Positions 29,129-37,253 of a DNA stretch of 44,702 nucleotides are shown one piece after another. The notes under the pieces are model-generated. The model saw only the letters and a list, made by a program, of their open reading frames with translations, was not told the DNA's origin and ran no database searches. Numbering within the stretch: the first letter of the stretch is position 1; each line of letters starts with the position of its first letter. Source of the stretch: Candidatus Moanibacter sp. (GTDB lineage: Bacteria > Verrucomicrobiota > Verrucomicrobiia > Opitutales > UBA2987); assembly GCA_965215885.1 (NCBI GenBank), contig CBDCEW010000051.1:1-44702 (forward strand), written 5' to 3'. The position numbers and the translations under genes are program-made.

Positions 29129-29518
29129 CTAGATCTGCAAAATGCTTAATCCATCGATCTCCAGAAAATGCTTGTCCATGGTCAGAAGTTCGGCTGCTTC
29201 CGCCAGAGTATGGGCAGCCACCCAGACGTCGTTCGTCGGAATCGGCCTCCCTTTCCTTCGCAATTGCTCCATGACTAAGGCGTACCGTTCACACACTGAC
29301 TGGCCGGCAGGATGAAAATCTGCGTGCCGTAAGGCGAGAAACTCCGAGAGTTGTCGGCGATTTTCAGAGTTCCGTTTTCCAAGGCGAAAACCGTATAGCA
29401 ATTCGCCCATCACCACAGCTGGAATGTAGATATGATCCGCGGCACGGACCTCGTTTGCGGCCCACTCCTCTCCGCGCATCAAGCCAGAGTAGGCGTTCGT
29501 ATCGAGCATCAACTTCAA
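29129..29518 (-). CDS. vapC: Type II toxin VapC (PIN domain RNase)
   Basis: LDTNAYS, VMGELLYGF, GRPIPTNDVWVAA, LLTMDKHF. Likely TTG start with a TTGA overlap on the antitoxin stop. Confidence 0.95.
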   Translation of the reverse strand: MKLMLDTNAYSGLMRGEEWAANEVRAADHIYIPAVVMGELLYGFRLGKRNSENRRQLSEFLALRHADFHPAGQSVCERYALVMEQLRRKGRPIPTNDVWVAAHTLAEAAELLTMDKHFLEIDGLSILQI

Positions 29519-29778
29519 CCCCACATCTCCTCATCGATGCTTTCGAAGGCCTCCTCGATGCATCGATCGAATGCGTCGGCTTCTTTCCTTTTCCACGTGC
29601 CGATAAACGCATCCAGTCCGTTTCCAATATCCGCCGCTTCCTGTTTTTCTCGCATTCCTGCGCCCTTTTTCAATAGGTGGATTGCTGCCTTATTTTGCGA
29701 CCAACCTCGCTCTCTGGCAACCGACTGAATCTTTTCCTGAATCTCAGTTGAAAAACCTCGAATGGTAAGTTGAGTCAT
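29515..29778 (-). CDS. vapB: Antitoxin, RHH/FitA-like (VapB)
   Basis: MTQLTIRGF beta-strand + helix-helix (SQNKAAIHLL); acidic C-terminus IDEEMW; directly upstream of and overlapping vapC. Confidence 0.88.
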   Translation of the reverse strand: MTQLTIRGFSTEIQEKIQSVARERGWSQNKAAIHLLKKGAGMREKQEAADIGNGLDAFIGTWKRKEADAFDRCIEEAFESIDEEMWG

Positions 29779-29816
29779 AATGATTCAGTATGAGGCACCA
29801 AATTGGGTTTCGTCAA
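29771..29816 (-). promoter_or_regulatory. vapBC promoter with triple TGANNCA operator; probably leaderless
   Basis: -35 TTGACG (29816-29811), 18-nt spacer, -10 CATACT (29792-29787), ATG 8 nt later with no SD. TGAGTCA/TGATTCA/TGAGGCA at 29771, 29781 and 29791. Confidence 0.6.
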
Positions 29817-29916
29817 GCCTGAAGAGCAATGTCTGTTCATTGCTTATTGATAAGAAATCGCTTTTCGGGTGGCACGCACACGCACCTGTTGCGGCCAACC
29901 TAAAACAGGAAGGGAT

Positions 29917-30024
29917 GTAGCCGCGCTCGCAAGAGCGTGGGAAGTTCTGCCTAGGACCACCTTCTTGCGAAGGCGGCTACGGTTGGGCGAATTCCATAAA
30001 GTAGCCGCGCTCGTGAGAGCGTGG
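29917..30024. repeat. GTAG-type REP cluster 2 (three 24-bp REPs, alternating orientation)
   Basis: GTAGCCGCGCTCGCAAGAGCGTGG (29917-29940, +), GTAGCCGCCTTCGCAAGAAGGTGG (29957-29980, -), GTAGCCGCGCTCGTGAGAGCGTGG (30001-30024, +). Confidence 0.92.
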
Positions 30025-30028
30025 AGTC

Positions 30029-30385
30029 TCACTCCTTCAGCACCCAGTAGGTATCCATTTCCATGGCCGGGCTGCCGTCTTCCGGGCCCCCTTCGACCTT
30101 CCCAGTGAGGCGCAACCAATTTCCAAACTTTTCGAGGCTGAGGTGATAACCTCCCGGTTCCGTGATCGGTTCGAATGCCCTGTTTAGGTCCATCCAACGC
30201 ACGCCGTCGACTGAGATCTGGGCCTTGACCCGGAGCACGGGGGAGGGTCCTTCAACGAAGTGCACGTAGAGCATGGCGATCGCTTCCGATGCCCAACCGG
30301 CTTCATGAGGTTCAAGTTCGAAAGTTCCGTTAGCCTTTGGAGCAAACAGCTCCATCGGGGCCGTATGAATTCGTCTCATAGTCAT
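30029..30385 (-). CDS. Conserved hypothetical protein (DUF6385-like, 118 aa)
   Basis: EPHEAGWASEAI, AQISVDGVRW, FGNWLRL recalled from this family; ATGA overlap with the upstream gene. Family name from memory, unverified. Confidence 0.65.
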   Translation of the reverse strand: MTMRRIHTAPMELFAPKANGTFELEPHEAGWASEAIAMLYVHFVEGPSPVLRVKAQISVDGVRWMDLNRAFEPITEPGGYHLSLEKFGNWLRLTGKVEGGPEDGSPAMEMDTYWVLKE

Positions 30386-31332
30386 TTTTCTGTCGCCGAA
30401 ACAACGACGGAATCGAGGTAGAGGAAGCAGCGCTTGTCGACATCAGGGATGATATTGAAGTCGGGGAAAATCAACCCTCCGGTTCTGTCCATACTGGCAC
30501 GCCACTCCCAGCCGCGATCGACGAGTTCAGGGTCCTCCGGATCCCAGGTCTTGATTTTCATACCGGAGACATTGAACTCCTTGCCGTAGCAATGAAAGTC
30601 CACGTACTCGTGGGTCGTGAGGTCAAACGTCAGTCGAAGATAGTGCCACTGATACTTGGTAGGCGCTCGATTGAACCCTAATTCCTGTTCGCCATCGTCA
30701 AGGTAGGTGTGGGTTGGACCGACATGGGATGATTGCTCGTTGTAGATGCGCCAGCGCCGTACCGGTTTTCCGTTCTCTGCATTCTGATAGAGGATACTGG
30801 GATGGAAGCGCATCGGCTTGATCCCTTCCTCCGCAATATGCTTTAGGTCGAAAGCATCGAAGTGAACCCCGATCGAGCGGATGGCATCTTCGCCCCACTG
30901 AAAGTCGGAGGGATCGGCCTTGTAGGTAAAATAGGTCTCGATCCGAAACTTGCCGCGCCAGGGACAGGCCATCCGCTTCATCGCTACTCCTCTTGCTCCC
31001 GCTTTGGCGATGGTCGGTATCTTCAAAGCATAGGTACCACTCCACGACCCGTTTGACCCGATATCCCATGATGTGAGAGAACTGATCATCGGGACCGCTC
31101 TTGGCCCGATTGGCGCCCGTCGATCCCAACGAGTGGCGGGATCCCTGGCCTGTCTCAGCTTTTCCGTGAGCGGCTCAACCTGGGGATAGCGGCCGGGGTA
31201 GTCGTCCCAACCGTCGTAATCCGGGAAATAGGTCTGCCAGCCCTGCATCCCGTTATCGAAATCGTGAGCGAGGATAACGCGATCAAGTGGGCTGTATTTT
31301 CCCAGTAGAGGGTCTTTAAGGTAAGCTTCCAT
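30382..31332 (-). CDS. Conserved hypothetical protein (DUF6772-like, 316 aa; beta-sandwich predicted)
   Basis: HDFDNGMQGW, GTYALKIPT, ETYFTYK, NRAPTKYQWHYLRLTFDL, RCFLYLDSVVVS. Family name from memory, unverified. Confidence 0.65.
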   Translation of the reverse strand: MEAYLKDPLLGKYSPLDRVILAHDFDNGMQGWQTYFPDYDGWDDYPGRYPQVEPLTEKLRQARDPATRWDRRAPIGPRAVPMISSLTSWDIGSNGSWSGTYALKIPTIAKAGARGVAMKRMACPWRGKFRIETYFTYKADPSDFQWGEDAIRSIGVHFDAFDLKHIAEEGIKPMRFHPSILYQNAENGKPVRRWRIYNEQSSHVGPTHTYLDDGEQELGFNRAPTKYQWHYLRLTFDLTTHEYVDFHCYGKEFNVSGMKIKTWDPEDPELVDRGWEWRASMDRTGGLIFPDFNIIPDVDKRCFLYLDSVVVSATEK

Positions 31333-31566
31333 TTTCGATTTTAACCAAAATGTTCGAACTGAATCTTAAAAGTTCCCGCAAATCGTGGCTCAAGAAGAGT
31401 TGTAAGTCTACCTCAAAAAGTAACTGTATATTCCGGAATCTTCGTTGGCGTTACCAGTTGTGGTGAGGCAACCTTCAAAATAGGATATTTCGAGCATTTT
31501 TACCTGTACTTTGAGAGCCGGCTCGTGGTGATTTCAACGCGGAATGGGTCTTCGAAGACCGTCAGG

Positions 31567-31589
31567 GTAGGAAGCTCGCTTGCGAGCGA
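31567..31589 (+). repeat. Single GTAG-type REP (different family from clusters 1 and 2)
   Basis: GTAGGAAGCTCGCTTGCGAGCGA: GTAG followed by stem GCTCGC/GCGAGC; 17 bp from the stop of the minus-strand GH-like gene. Confidence 0.55.
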
Positions 31590-31606
31590 TCCGAACCACC
31601 AACCAA

Positions 31607-33169
31607 TCATACCGTGACGGTGAACAGGTCTGCGTTTCGGAGGGTGATTCGGAGTCGGACCCGATGCCCGTTGAGGCTGTCGCGGATATTTGCAGGAAGG
31701 TCCCAGATTCCTTCTAACTCATCCCCTTGGAAACGCATCTCTTCAATTCCGGGAAGGGGAGCGCAATTGGTGTCGAGTAGTTGCATCGTAATCTCACCGT
31801 CATCCTTGGTACGGGCGTTTAACTGCGGGTTCCGTCCTGTAAACTCGACCGGCTGAGTGATGACTTCGCCGCCGTTACTGTCTGCGCGCAGGCTGACGAA
31901 TCCATCCTTTCGCAGCCTGGCGAGTCCCCCAAAGATTCCCCAGAGCTGGCCGTCGATCGTTTCACCGGCATGCTTCAGGTCGTCTTTGACGTGCCTCATT
32001 GGCGTTCCGGCGTAATAAACGTAAACCTCATTCTCGACCTCGAGGAGCGTACTCCCGTAGATAACACCACGATCCCAATCTGTCCCTTCACCGAGAGGAA
32101 TGAAAGATTGGCGGTCACCGGCCTGATGCCAGATCTGACCGTCCCGGCTGAATGCCAGACGCACGTCCATGTGCTGGTCCATTTCCGCGTATTCGGGGGG
32201 AACTTCGGCGGTGGCGTCATGCCAGGCGCCGCGTCGACGGCTGTAGTTATGGTAGACGCTGAGCAACCCCAGGTAGAGGTCCCCGAATGGAAAGACGGAA
32301 AGATAGTAAAATTCGGTTCCCGGAATGTCATATTCATCGGGATGGAGCACGCTGACCAGCCGCGACCAGTTGATGAAATCCGTGCTCTCCGTGTAGCAGA
32401 TGGTACGAAAAGCCTCCGGGATGTGGTCGTTACTTTTCAGGTAGGCAACATAATGACCCTGTCTTTCCACCCAACCGATGACGGAGACGGCATCAGCTGC
32501 GGTGCGGACGCCGTAAGGGCCGTCGTGACCGTGCCGATAATCCCCCTGATTCGTAGCGTTTGCCTTTGGTCGTGGGCCGAATGGAGGGTCCCGCGGATCG
32601 CGGAGTAGATTCCACCGTATCCCATCGGGGGAGGCGGCGACATTGACTGAGCTGTGGATATCGGTGTCTCCTGTCTTCGGGGCAATGGCCCAGAACATCA
32701 TTTTGAACCGTCGATTCGGATCGGGGTCGTGGCCGTCGATAATTACGTTCCCAAAATGGACGCCGAATGGCCCCATTGCGAGAATGCTGTTCGAGGCGGA
32801 TCCACCGCGTTGAACCTGGCCGAGGTCCGGTCGATGCCACCGAATGCCGTCGTTGGAGGTCGCGTAGGCCATGCGTTTGATCCCTCGGCGTTCCCATTGC
32901 ATACCGGTCGGTTCGCCGTCGTGCATGGTCTCGTACCACATCTTGTAAAGTCCGTCCACCGGATCCCGGAGGATGGCGCGTCCGTAGGGAAAAGTGCGCC
33001 AGCCCTCCCAGTCATGTTCGGGAGTGAGAATCGGGTTGTTTGGCTCCTTGACGGGTCGATGCATGTGGAATCGAACACTCCGCATAAGGTAGAGTTTGAT
33101 CGAATCGAAGAAGTAGAGTTTCGTGGAGCTCATGCACGTGACGTTGACGGTCGGCTGCGAATCGGGCAA
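31607..33169 (-). CDS. Five-bladed beta-propeller glycoside hydrolase-like protein (GH32/43/130-like clan) with C-terminal beta domain
   Basis: KEPNNPILTP, YKMWY, YATSNDGIRWHRP, ASPDGIRW, ESTDFINWS, FSRDGQIW, LARLRKDGFVSL; no signal peptide. Confidence 0.75.
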   Translation of the reverse strand: MPDSQPTVNVTCMSSTKLYFFDSIKLYLMRSVRFHMHRPVKEPNNPILTPEHDWEGWRTFPYGRAILRDPVDGLYKMWYETMHDGEPTGMQWERRGIKRMAYATSNDGIRWHRPDLGQVQRGGSASNSILAMGPFGVHFGNVIIDGHDPDPNRRFKMMFWAIAPKTGDTDIHSSVNVAASPDGIRWNLLRDPRDPPFGPRPKANATNQGDYRHGHDGPYGVRTAADAVSVIGWVERQGHYVAYLKSNDHIPEAFRTICYTESTDFINWSRLVSVLHPDEYDIPGTEFYYLSVFPFGDLYLGLLSVYHNYSRRRGAWHDATAEVPPEYAEMDQHMDVRLAFSRDGQIWHQAGDRQSFIPLGEGTDWDRGVIYGSTLLEVENEVYVYYAGTPMRHVKDDLKHAGETIDGQLWGIFGGLARLRKDGFVSLRADSNGGEVITQPVEFTGRNPQLNARTKDDGEITMQLLDTNCAPLPGIEEMRFQGDELEGIWDLPANIRDSLNGHRVRLRITLRNADLFTVTV

Positions 33170-33307
33170 TGTTTACCTTCACATATCCCTTAAGAGCGAT
33201 CAAATCGCTGTGATGGATATCAAAAAAATAGGCCTGCTCCCGCTGAATGGGGACAGGTCTGCTACAACGCGGGCTGTGGCAATACAGAGCATCGTACGGC
33301 GGAGAGT

Positions 33308-33340
33308 CTGGATTGCCTCGTCATTCTTCCTCGCAATGAC
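33308..33340 (-). repeat. Half copy of the GTCATTGCGAG palindromic repeat
   Basis: Reverse complement GTCATTGCGAGGAAGAATGACGAGGCAATCCAG matches 38928-38960 at 32/33 positions. Confidence 0.85.
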
Positions 33341-33422
33341 ACGTCTCGCATAACGTGGCGAGTGAGTGATTCATTATTTGAAATTTACTTGAAAATTCTC
33401 CCAGGAGCCTTCAATCCGAATC

Positions 33423-34277
33423 TTGACTCGCTATCTACATTTCTGCCGCTTTGGACTTTCCTTGGCGATAGCTGCATCGATTCTCCTCTTCGATTGCAGT
33501 CTAGCCAGTGAAACTGACACTGTACAATCTCCCTGGCACCTCGCAGCCCGGGGCTTGATCGAGGAAGCTCATGCGGAGTTTTCGCGGTTGGCAAGCGGAG
33601 GCGGCGACCAACGTGAATCCAGATTTGGTATTGCAATAACGTTATTGAATGTACAACCGAAGACTCGCCGGAATGTCGAAAGAGCTTACCATATTCTGGA
33701 GCAACTAAGGGACGAGGACTCCGCGGACCATTACGGCCTATCCGCTCAATACTTCCTTGCCCGTATTGACCAGATTCATCGCTCCCCTCCCGATCCGGAC
33801 TCCGCTGCGAGGCATTATCTCAGTTTAATCGAGAGACAGAGCAAACACCCGCTCGCCCAATTAGCAGTTATTAAGCTCGGGATTCTCCAGCTTTACAATC
33901 CATCCGCCGAGGACGTCTCCGCCGTTTTTTCTCAGACAGAGAATAGGCTCGATCTCCTTACGGACTCGATCGTGATTCGGGACTTCCATATCCTGCTCTC
34001 TGAAGCATATGAGCGACACAATCTGTCAAAATCCAAGGGCCTGGAGCATCTAATGGCCGCTCAGGAGATCGATCCCGCAATTCGGCTGCTCGACAATAGT
34101 TTCATTATCAGGGTCGCCGATCTGGCAAGGGAACTAGGCGACTATGAACTGTCAATCCGGTATTACCGGGAATTCCTCAATCTATTCCAACGTGACGTTC
34201 GCAGATTTCAAGTGGCACGTACTTTGGAAAGGCTCAGCTCAGTAACAAAGAGTCGTGGGTCTCCGAACACCGAATGA
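33423..34277 (+). CDS. Exported TPR-like alpha-helical protein
   Basis: Signal peptide (..SLA-SET); TPR-like helices (AQYFLARIDQ, AARHYLSLIERQSKHPLA, LGDYELSIRYYREFL). Confidence 0.7.
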   Translation: MTRYLHFCRFGLSLAIAASILLFDCSLASETDTVQSPWHLAARGLIEEAHAEFSRLASGGGDQRESRFGIAITLLNVQPKTRRNVERAYHILEQLRDEDSADHYGLSAQYFLARIDQIHRSPPDPDSAARHYLSLIERQSKHPLAQLAVIKLGILQLYNPSAEDVSAVFSQTENRLDLLTDSIVIRDFHILLSEAYERHNLSKSKGLEHLMAAQEIDPAIRLLDNSFIIRVADLARELGDYELSIRYYREFLNLFQRDVRRFQVARTLERLSSVTKSRGSPNTE

Positions 34278-35928
34278 AATGCGTTTGAAATCCGGACTTT
34301 CGATGCGAGCTGGAATCAGTGCGATCTGCCACCGTCTAGGGATGCTGTTTCTCTTCGGCTGTTTTGCTGCTTCCGTTATTTTCATCGTGGCGCGAACGAT
34401 GCGTGAGGACGACTCGGATATGACGACGATTCGCTTCTCCCACTTTCATTTGCACGGGGGATTAAGGGATTCCTATGAGATCATTACACGGGAATACATG
34501 AAGCGGAATCCCGGCACGCGGGTGCAGCAGATTGATGTTCCGATTGGAGTCTTTCCCGCCTGGCTTTCAACGCAACTGGTCAGCGAAGAGGCTCCTGACA
34601 TCATGCTGATCAGCGGCCATTTTACCGATGATCGCCTGGCGCGTTATATTGAACCGATAACCGCTTATCTGGAGCAACCGAACCCCTATAACGCGGGGAC
34701 GGCATTGGAGAACATTCCATGGCGAGAAACGTTCGTCGACGGATTGTATGCCGGGGGAAGCTTTCGTCAGTTTCAGCAACTGCAGGAATATCTGAGCGTT
34801 CCCATAACCGTGCAATCAATCCGTCTTTATTACAACAAGGACCTTTATAAGAGAATCATGGGGGGTGCACCAACACCTTCTACATTCGACGAGTATGTGG
34901 AATTATGTGAGGAAATAGTACGGTTCTCGAACGCTACGGGACAGAAAATCGTCCCAATGGCCGGTTCGAGGTACAATGCAATCCGACTGTTACAAATCCT
35001 CTTTTCCAGTCAAACTCAGATGCTCGCGGCGGATCTTGTCGAACATCGGAACGAACGCGTCGATACGCGTCTAGACGTCGCTTTGGGTTTCCTGAAAGGC
35101 ACCCTTACCCTCAATGACAGATCCCTCCGCGATGCCTGCCAACTTACAAGGGAGTTCTGTCAATACATGCAGGACGGTTTCATGCAAGTTAACAGGGAAG
35201 ACGCAACCTTCCTATTCGCACAGGAACATGCCTTGATGATCGTTTCGGGAAGCTGGGATGTCACGACCTTTCAAACAGAGTGCCAGTTCCCAATTGGCGT
35301 CATTCCGATTCCGTTGCCACAGCGAGACCACCCCGTCTTTGGGAGAAATTTCCTCACCAGGCCAGTTGAATCAGTCGAGGGCGATGGCAATTTCGGTATT
35401 ATGGTCCGATCCAAACATAAGAAGGAAGCGCTCGATTTTCTGCGCTTTTTGACTTCAAGAATTGCGAATCAGATTCTCGCCGATACAAGTGGTTGGGTGC
35501 CTGTCATCGTCGGTGTAGATGTGCCGGAACCGACGAAGCCCTTCCTGCCCTTCGGCGAGGGATTTCTCCCGGGATTCCACTTCACTTACAATCATATCGG
35601 AACAGAGACGACTGGAGTGTTCTATACGTATCTGCATACTCTTCTGGAGCCTGAAGGATCCGTTGATGCCTTCATCGTGGCCGCGCAGGATGAGATGCTC
35701 GAAGCGATGGACAAAGATTTTAGAATGTTCCTCCGGGATCAGAAGAGGAATCTGGCCCGTCTCGACACGTCCATTGCGGCAGGGCGGGAACTTATCGCCA
35801 GCGGAGACGAAGACAAAAATTGGAGCGAGAAGATCTCAAATTCCTACCGGACGCAAAATCAGAGCGAGGGCCGATTCTATTGGGCACAATATGAGCTGCA
35901 GTCTCTCCAGGAAGCTGGGAAAAACTGA
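34255..35928 (+). CDS. Membrane-anchored extracellular solute-binding protein (carbohydrate ABC family 1-like)
   Basis: N-terminal TM segment, TIRFSHF, REYMKRNPGTRVQQI, APDI, LYYNKDLY, GSWD, EALDFLRFLTS. True start probably ATG 34279 or later. No permease or ATPase adjacent. Confidence 0.85.
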   Translation: MGLRTPNEMRLKSGLSMRAGISAICHRLGMLFLFGCFAASVIFIVARTMREDDSDMTTIRFSHFHLHGGLRDSYEIITREYMKRNPGTRVQQIDVPIGVFPAWLSTQLVSEEAPDIMLISGHFTDDRLARYIEPITAYLEQPNPYNAGTALENIPWRETFVDGLYAGGSFRQFQQLQEYLSVPITVQSIRLYYNKDLYKRIMGGAPTPSTFDEYVELCEEIVRFSNATGQKIVPMAGSRYNAIRLLQILFSSQTQMLAADLVEHRNERVDTRLDVALGFLKGTLTLNDRSLRDACQLTREFCQYMQDGFMQVNREDATFLFAQEHALMIVSGSWDVTTFQTECQFPIGVIPIPLPQRDHPVFGRNFLTRPVESVEGDGNFGIMVRSKHKKEALDFLRFLTSRIANQILADTSGWVPVIVGVDVPEPTKPFLPFGEGFLPGFHFTYNHIGTETTGVFYTYLHTLLEPEGSVDAFIVAAQDEMLEAMDKDFRMFLRDQKRNLARLDTSIAAGRELIASGDEDKNWSEKISNSYRTQNQSEGRFYWAQYELQSLQEAGKN

Positions 35929-35960
35929 TGAGAATTCATTTGATGAACTTGCCCAACTTC

Positions 35961-36050
35961 GGACCCTCTGAGGTCGCCGGGCAAGGGAAGGCTTTGAGAC
36001 GTAGTGACATACGCGGTCGTAGTAGAAGTTTTGTGAAAAGTTCGGGTTAG
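35961..36050 (-). repeat. Half copy of MITE family A
   Basis: Reverse complement of 18891-18989: GGACCCTCTGAGGTCGCCGGGCAAGGGAAGGCTTTGA identical for 37 bp, then a diverged match to the terminus GTTCGGGTTAG. Confidence 0.88.
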
Positions 36051-36170
36051 GACAAGATTCTATAACATTCTGCTCCTAAGACAGCCTTCAGCCGCAACCA
36101 AACTCGTTGGTCCTCGCCAGGGAAAGAGAATTGAACGGAAGAAAACAGAGAAAGAGTAAAGAATTCTCAT

Positions 36171-36297
36171 CCCGGCAAGCCGGAGCAAAGGCGCAAAGGG
36201 GAAGAGAGGAAGTGGTAACTTCGGAGGGTCTTAACACACTGTTCCCGGCTTGCCGGGACAAGGGAAAGGCTCTGATATGCAGTCCCGGCGAGCCGGG
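36171..36297. repeat. Three short CCCGGC-NN-GCCGG(G) palindromes
   Basis: CCCGGCAAGCCGG (36171), TCCCGGCTTGCCGGGA (36243-36258), CCCGGCGAGCCGGG (36284-36297). Confidence 0.6.
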
Positions 36298-36933
36298 TGA
36301 AGCATAAGAATCTCGAGAAGGTGTTTTCCGGCGTTCCAAGGCTTGTGGGCCGAAAATTCAAATATTCCAGCGTTGATCGGGAGGTTCAGTCGAGGGATTT
36401 AAAGGAGGCTGTCGACCTTCTGGAGAAGGCGGGTGTTCTCTACCGTGTGAGCAGGACGTCCGGGGCGGGACATCCTCTGGGGGCCCTTGTGAGCGACCGA
36501 CATTTCAAATTGGTCTTTCTGGATGTGGGTCTGATGCAGAATCTTTGTTGGGGGAGATATCGCTAGAGACGTCTTAATGACGGACGACGTTTTGGAAGTA
36601 AATTCAGGCGCACTGGCGGAGCAGTTTGTTGGCCAGGAGATTGTTGCCCATCAGCCTTGGTATCGAGAATCTGCCCTGTTTTATTGGGAACGAGAGGCGC
36701 GTAACAGCAGTGCGGAGGTCGATTACCTCGTCTCGTTTGGAAACAGGGTTGTGCCCGTGGAAGTGAAAGCGGGGACAACGGGGAGGCTAAAGAGTCTAAA
36801 AATGCTCATTGGGAAATATGGAATTGACAGGGGTATACGAATTTCACAGAGACCGCTTGAAAGGGAACCGACGTTAGTGTCGATTCCCATTTATGCGATT
36901 GAAGCAATGGAACTGATGTATTTGAGTCTTTAG
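36297..36933 (+). pseudogene. C-terminal remnant of an AAA_14/DUF4143 ATPase-nuclease protein, frameshifted at ~36547-36555
   Basis: GRKFKYS, FKLVFLDVGL in one frame; GALAEQFVGQE, FYWERE..SAEVDYL, VPVEVKAG in another; N-terminal ATPase absent. Confidence 0.85.
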
Positions 36934-37152
36934 TCCGCTTATTTAGGTTGTCGCTTCGCTCGGTACACAGAATAAGCGGACTAGAAAGCGAAACGAATTT
37001 GTAATTTACTGAAATTCTATAAGTTGAGAGTTTAAATTCTTGTTCTTCGAACGATTTGATATCAAACAGCCTGTCGAAACGAATCTCCTTGAATGCATCT
37101 TTGAATAGACTTAATTGCCTGATTTTCAGTAAATTACAAATCGGTTTCGCCA

Positions 37153-37215
37153 CTAACCCGAAAACTGCAAGATGTCTCCCGCTGAGCGGGATCGGGAGTA
37201 AGATTTTCGGGTTAG
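37153..37215. repeat. 63-bp mini-element with CTAACCCGAAAA inverted ends (related to family A termini)
   Basis: CTAACCCGAAAA...TTTTCGGGTTAG (12-bp perfect IR) with inner CCCGCT/AGCGGG hairpin; a related end occurs at 39083. Confidence 0.7.
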
Positions 37216-37253
37216 CCGGCAATGTTAATCACTACATATGGGAGGAGTTCTAG

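Noticed and set aside
28397..30024. 24-bp repeats as a CRISPR array
   Set aside because: They alternate in orientation, have 13-20 bp spacers, start with GTAG and sit beside a RAYT remnant. No cas genes are present. They are REPs.
36806..37222. 138-aa minus-strand ORF over an AT-rich patch
   Set aside because: It starts across the 63-bp repeat, overlaps the DUF4143 remnant antisense and has no recognisable motif. At most a foreign gene fragment.
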